From: a virus | DNA: 64,000 nt | Direction: 5' to 3' (one strand) | IMG/VR virus record: IMGVR_UViG_3300045988_105534 | Shown: positions 61,527 to 64,000 of the stretch, piece by piece | Layout: each line of letters opens with the position of its first letter | How positions within the stretch are numbered: position 1 is the stretch's first letter | Program-made: the position numbers and the translations under genes | The notes under the pieces: generated by a model | Database searches by the model: none | What the model saw: the letters and a program-made list of their open reading frames with translations, nothing else | Told to the model about the DNA's origin: nothing

Positions 61527-63779
61527 ATGGAGAGTCAGACATGCGGAAAGGTATGCGAGTTTGAAATGATTCCTACATATCAGATATTTTATGATGAAGA
61601 ATCAATGTTTGGTATCTATGCGTTTTGTACAAAAGACCAGATACCACAATTCAGTCCATACAATGATAATAAATTTGATGACTCAGGAGATAAAGAATAT
61701 GTTGCAAGTAAACTTGTTGGAGAAGTTCAACAGTTATATATTGGGACAAAGTATAATGTAAAAGCGACATGTATTTATTCTCAAAAATATCATGAATATC
61801 AATATAAACCGATTTCGGTTGTTGCAGACGTTCCAAAAACACAGACTGATCAGTTAATGTTTTTAAAAACACAAGCGAAAGAATCAATTGCTGAAAGCTT
61901 GCTTGCTGAATATCCAAATATTATTGAGGATGTTATGGCAGGAAAATGTAAGACGATTGACACATCTATGATTAAAGGACTTGGCAACAAGACATGGGCG
62001 AAGCTCAGAGAGAAGATCATTAATAATTATGTGATTTCTGAGGTTGTAGTTATGCTACAGCCTCATGGCATTACTTTTAATATGATTAAGAAATTGGTAG
62101 AAGCTGAGCCAGATCCAGAAAAGTTAAAGTATAAAATCAACACAAATCCTTACATTTTAACTAAGATCAGAGGTCTTGGATTTAAGAAAGTTGATGATAT
62201 TGCTTTAAAGATCCGTCCAGAGTTGAGAGATTCTAAGTATCGACTTGATTATTTTATGACGTATTATTTAACGAATCTTGGCGAAAGTGACGGACATACA
62301 TATATGGCGATTGCCACATTGCGATCAGAAGTTAGTACAACAGTTGGAGAGTGTCTGCATATATTTGACGATTATGTTGAAAATGATTTTCCTCCAGACA
62401 TCTATGTTAGTGGCGAACTAATTGGTTTGAAAAAGTACCATGACACAGAAATGAATATACTGGCATTGTTGCAAGAACGCAGAGATACTAATTCTACCAA
62501 GAAGAAAGAGATAATCACTGTAAACGAAATTGGACAAGTTATTGCTGAAGTTGAAAAAGAAGAAGGATTTACTTTTAGTGAAGAACAAAACAAAGGTATT
62601 TATACTGCATTACAAACAAATGTTGTCTTGATCAGTGGTGAAGCTGGAACTGGTAAAACTACTTTATTAAAGCCGATCATCAGATGTTATAAGAAAAGAA
62701 ATTACAGCATTGCTGCATGTGCGTTATCTGCGAAAGCAGCACAGAGAATCCAAGAGGCAACAGGATTAGAAGCAAAAACTATTCATAGATTGCTTGAGGC
62801 ACAAGGCGTAGATTCATTTATGCACGATGCCAACAATCCGTTGCCAATAGATGTAGTTCTTTTAGATGAGGCAAGTATGGTTAATGCAGGATTGTTTTAT
62901 CAGTTGCTTTTAGCAATTCGTCCAGGTACAAAAATTATTATTAGCGGAGATCATATGCAGTTACCACCAATTGGATATGGTAACATTTTCTCTGATCTAC
63001 TCAAAATGGATGAGTTAGATTCAGTGCAATTAACGAAGCCAATGAGACAAGCAGAAAAGTCTGGTATTCTTAGTGATGCTAGAAAAGTGCGTAGAGCAAT
63101 TTCTCCAATTGAGGATTTTAGTGCTAAACAAGTTCATGGAGAGCTACATGATATGTTTTACATTTTCAGAAATAATCGTGAGAATATTTTTAATTTGGTT
63201 GTAAAGCAGTTCATGACGTGTGTTAAACAAGACGGTATGGATAATGTGGTTGTAATCTCTCCTCGTAAGTCAGGTTGCATAAACTCTACAGAAGAACTTA
63301 ATGTAGCAATTCAGAAAGAATTGTATAAAAATAAATCCAATGCAAGGTTTGTTACATATGGCAAAACAAAGAAGTTTTATGTGGGAGATAAAGTGCTTCA
63401 AACCAGTAATGACTATGAAAGAAACACATTTAATGGAGATATTGGATACATTACTGGCATTAATTATGATAAGAAAGTTGTTCATGCCATGATGAATCCA
63501 GACATGGATAAGAAGATGATTGAATATTCTTTTGCTCAGTTAGGACAACTTCAATTGGCATATGCATTAACAACGCATAAGCTTCAAGGATCGGCTGCTC
63601 AAACTGTAATTGGCATCATTGACAACACACATTACAAATTGCTTGATAACTGTATGCTATATACAATGTTAACACGAGCTAAGAAAAGATTTGCGCTCCT
63701 TGCAGAGCCAGAAGCGTTTAAGAGATGTATCGTGACAAATCATAATAAGAGGCGCACATGGTTAAGCTTAAAAAATTAA
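61527..63779 (+). CDS. recD: RecD-like (RecD2/TraA family) SF1 ATP-dependent DNA helicase
   Basis: Walker A VVLISGEAGTGKTT; Walker B VVLLDEASMV; C-terminal YALTTHKLQGSAAQTVI motif; 750 aa. Confidence 0.8.
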   Translation: MESQTCGKVCEFEMIPTYQIFYDEESMFGIYAFCTKDQIPQFSPYNDNKFDDSGDKEYVASKLVGEVQQLYIGTKYNVKATCIYSQKYHEYQYKPISVVADVPKTQTDQLMFLKTQAKESIAESLLAEYPNIIEDVMAGKCKTIDTSMIKGLGNKTWAKLREKIINNYVISEVVVMLQPHGITFNMIKKLVEAEPDPEKLKYKINTNPYILTKIRGLGFKKVDDIALKIRPELRDSKYRLDYFMTYYLTNLGESDGHTYMAIATLRSEVSTTVGECLHIFDDYVENDFPPDIYVSGELIGLKKYHDTEMNILALLQERRDTNSTKKKEIITVNEIGQVIAEVEKEEGFTFSEEQNKGIYTALQTNVVLISGEAGTGKTTLLKPIIRCYKKRNYSIAACALSAKAAQRIQEATGLEAKTIHRLLEAQGVDSFMHDANNPLPIDVVLLDEASMVNAGLFYQLLLAIRPGTKIIISGDHMQLPPIGYGNIFSDLLKMDELDSVQLTKPMRQAEKSGILSDARKVRRAISPIEDFSAKQVHGELHDMFYIFRNNRENIFNLVVKQFMTCVKQDGMDNVVVISPRKSGCINSTEELNVAIQKELYKNKSNARFVTYGKTKKFYVGDKVLQTSNDYERNTFNGDIGYITGINYDKKVVHAMMNPDMDKKMIEYSFAQLGQLQLAYALTTHKLQGSAAQTVIGIIDNTHYKLLDNCMLYTMLTRAKKRFALLAEPEAFKRCIVTNHNKRRTWLSLKN

Positions 63780-63788
63780 CTTTATTCT

Positions 63789-63826
63789 TTGCACCTATTG
63801 ACAGGGTGCAAGAAGTATGGTAAAAT
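63789..63826 (+). promoter_or_regulatory. Operator-flanked sigma70 promoter (copy 2), near-identical to 21830-21867
   Basis: TTGCACC-tat-TTGACA-GGGTGCAA-gaagtatgg-TAAAAT; 17-nt spacer. Confidence 0.6.
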
Positions 63827-63856
63827 ACCAATATGTTAAGGAAAGGAGATGCAAAA

Positions 63857-64000
63857 ATGAGAAAAAGATTTTTAATGAAAGTTGTTTCATTTAGCTTCTT
63901 AGCAATGTGTTCGGGCTTTATGACTCACACAGTTAAAGCAGAGGAGCGACCCTCGGTAGAGACTTCAACCTTATCAACAGAGACAACTGTTGCAGAAAAT
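63857..64000 (+). CDS. Secreted or cell-surface protein, N-terminal part (runs off window)
   Basis: AAGGAAAGGAGA Shine-Dalgarno; MRKRFLMKVVSFSFLAMCSGFMTHTVKA is a signal peptide, followed by a Ser/Thr-rich region. Confidence 0.6.
   Translation, partial: MRKRFLMKVVSFSFLAMCSGFMTHTVKAEERPSVETSTLSTETTVAEN

Noticed and set aside
1-64000. CRISPR arrays, rRNA genes, IS or transposon ends
   Set aside because: No regularly spaced repeats of 25-40 bp and no rRNA-like conserved stretches were seen. There are no transposase or DDE motifs and no terminal inverted repeats flanking any gene block. The repeats found are promoter or operator duplications and short intergenic cassettes.

Overview
AT-rich (~33% GC) window that reads as a contiguous piece of a large double-stranded DNA bacteriophage (or prophage) of a low-GC Firmicute. 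It is almost entirely plus-strand, densely packed with short early genes each carrying a strong Shine-Dalgarno site, and contains no rRNA, no CRISPR array, and no capsid, tail or terminase genes. The 5' third (1-24 kb) begins with a leftward XRE-type regulator facing two tandem consensus sigma70 promoters, followed by a long untranslated leader and dozens of tiny hypothetical genes. Many of these share a recurring GGTGGAAATTATG initiation cassette. Identifiable genes in this part include a DnaN-like sliding clamp, three Bro-N/ORF6N antirepressor-like paralogs, a DnaD/replisome-organiser-like protein, a small tyrosine recombinase, a lambda-phosphatase-like metallophosphoesterase and a MazF/PemK-like protein. 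The middle (24-34 kb) carries a radical-SAM enzyme with RlmN/Cfr hallmarks, a flotillin (SPFH) plus PspA-like membrane pair, and a tRNA(CAU-like) gene interrupted by a 67-nt insertion. A second leftward XRE regulator with divergent promoters follows. The 3' half (34-64 kb) holds a candidate counter-defence island: two tandem DUF2829/Tad2-like genes, a DHH-DHHA1 phosphoesterase, a Pol-beta nucleotidyltransferase, a nucleoside 2-deoxyribosyltransferase-fold protein and two paralogous sigma factors. It ends with a complete replication module: DnaB-like helicase, Toprim primase, RecJ-like DHH exonuclease, free-standing LAGLIDADG endonuclease, DnaE-type PolIII alpha, ERCC4 nuclease and RecD-like helicase. 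A palindromic operator-promoter is duplicated 42 kb apart, at 21.8 kb and 63.8 kb. All functional calls rest on motif recognition by eye, with no database searches.
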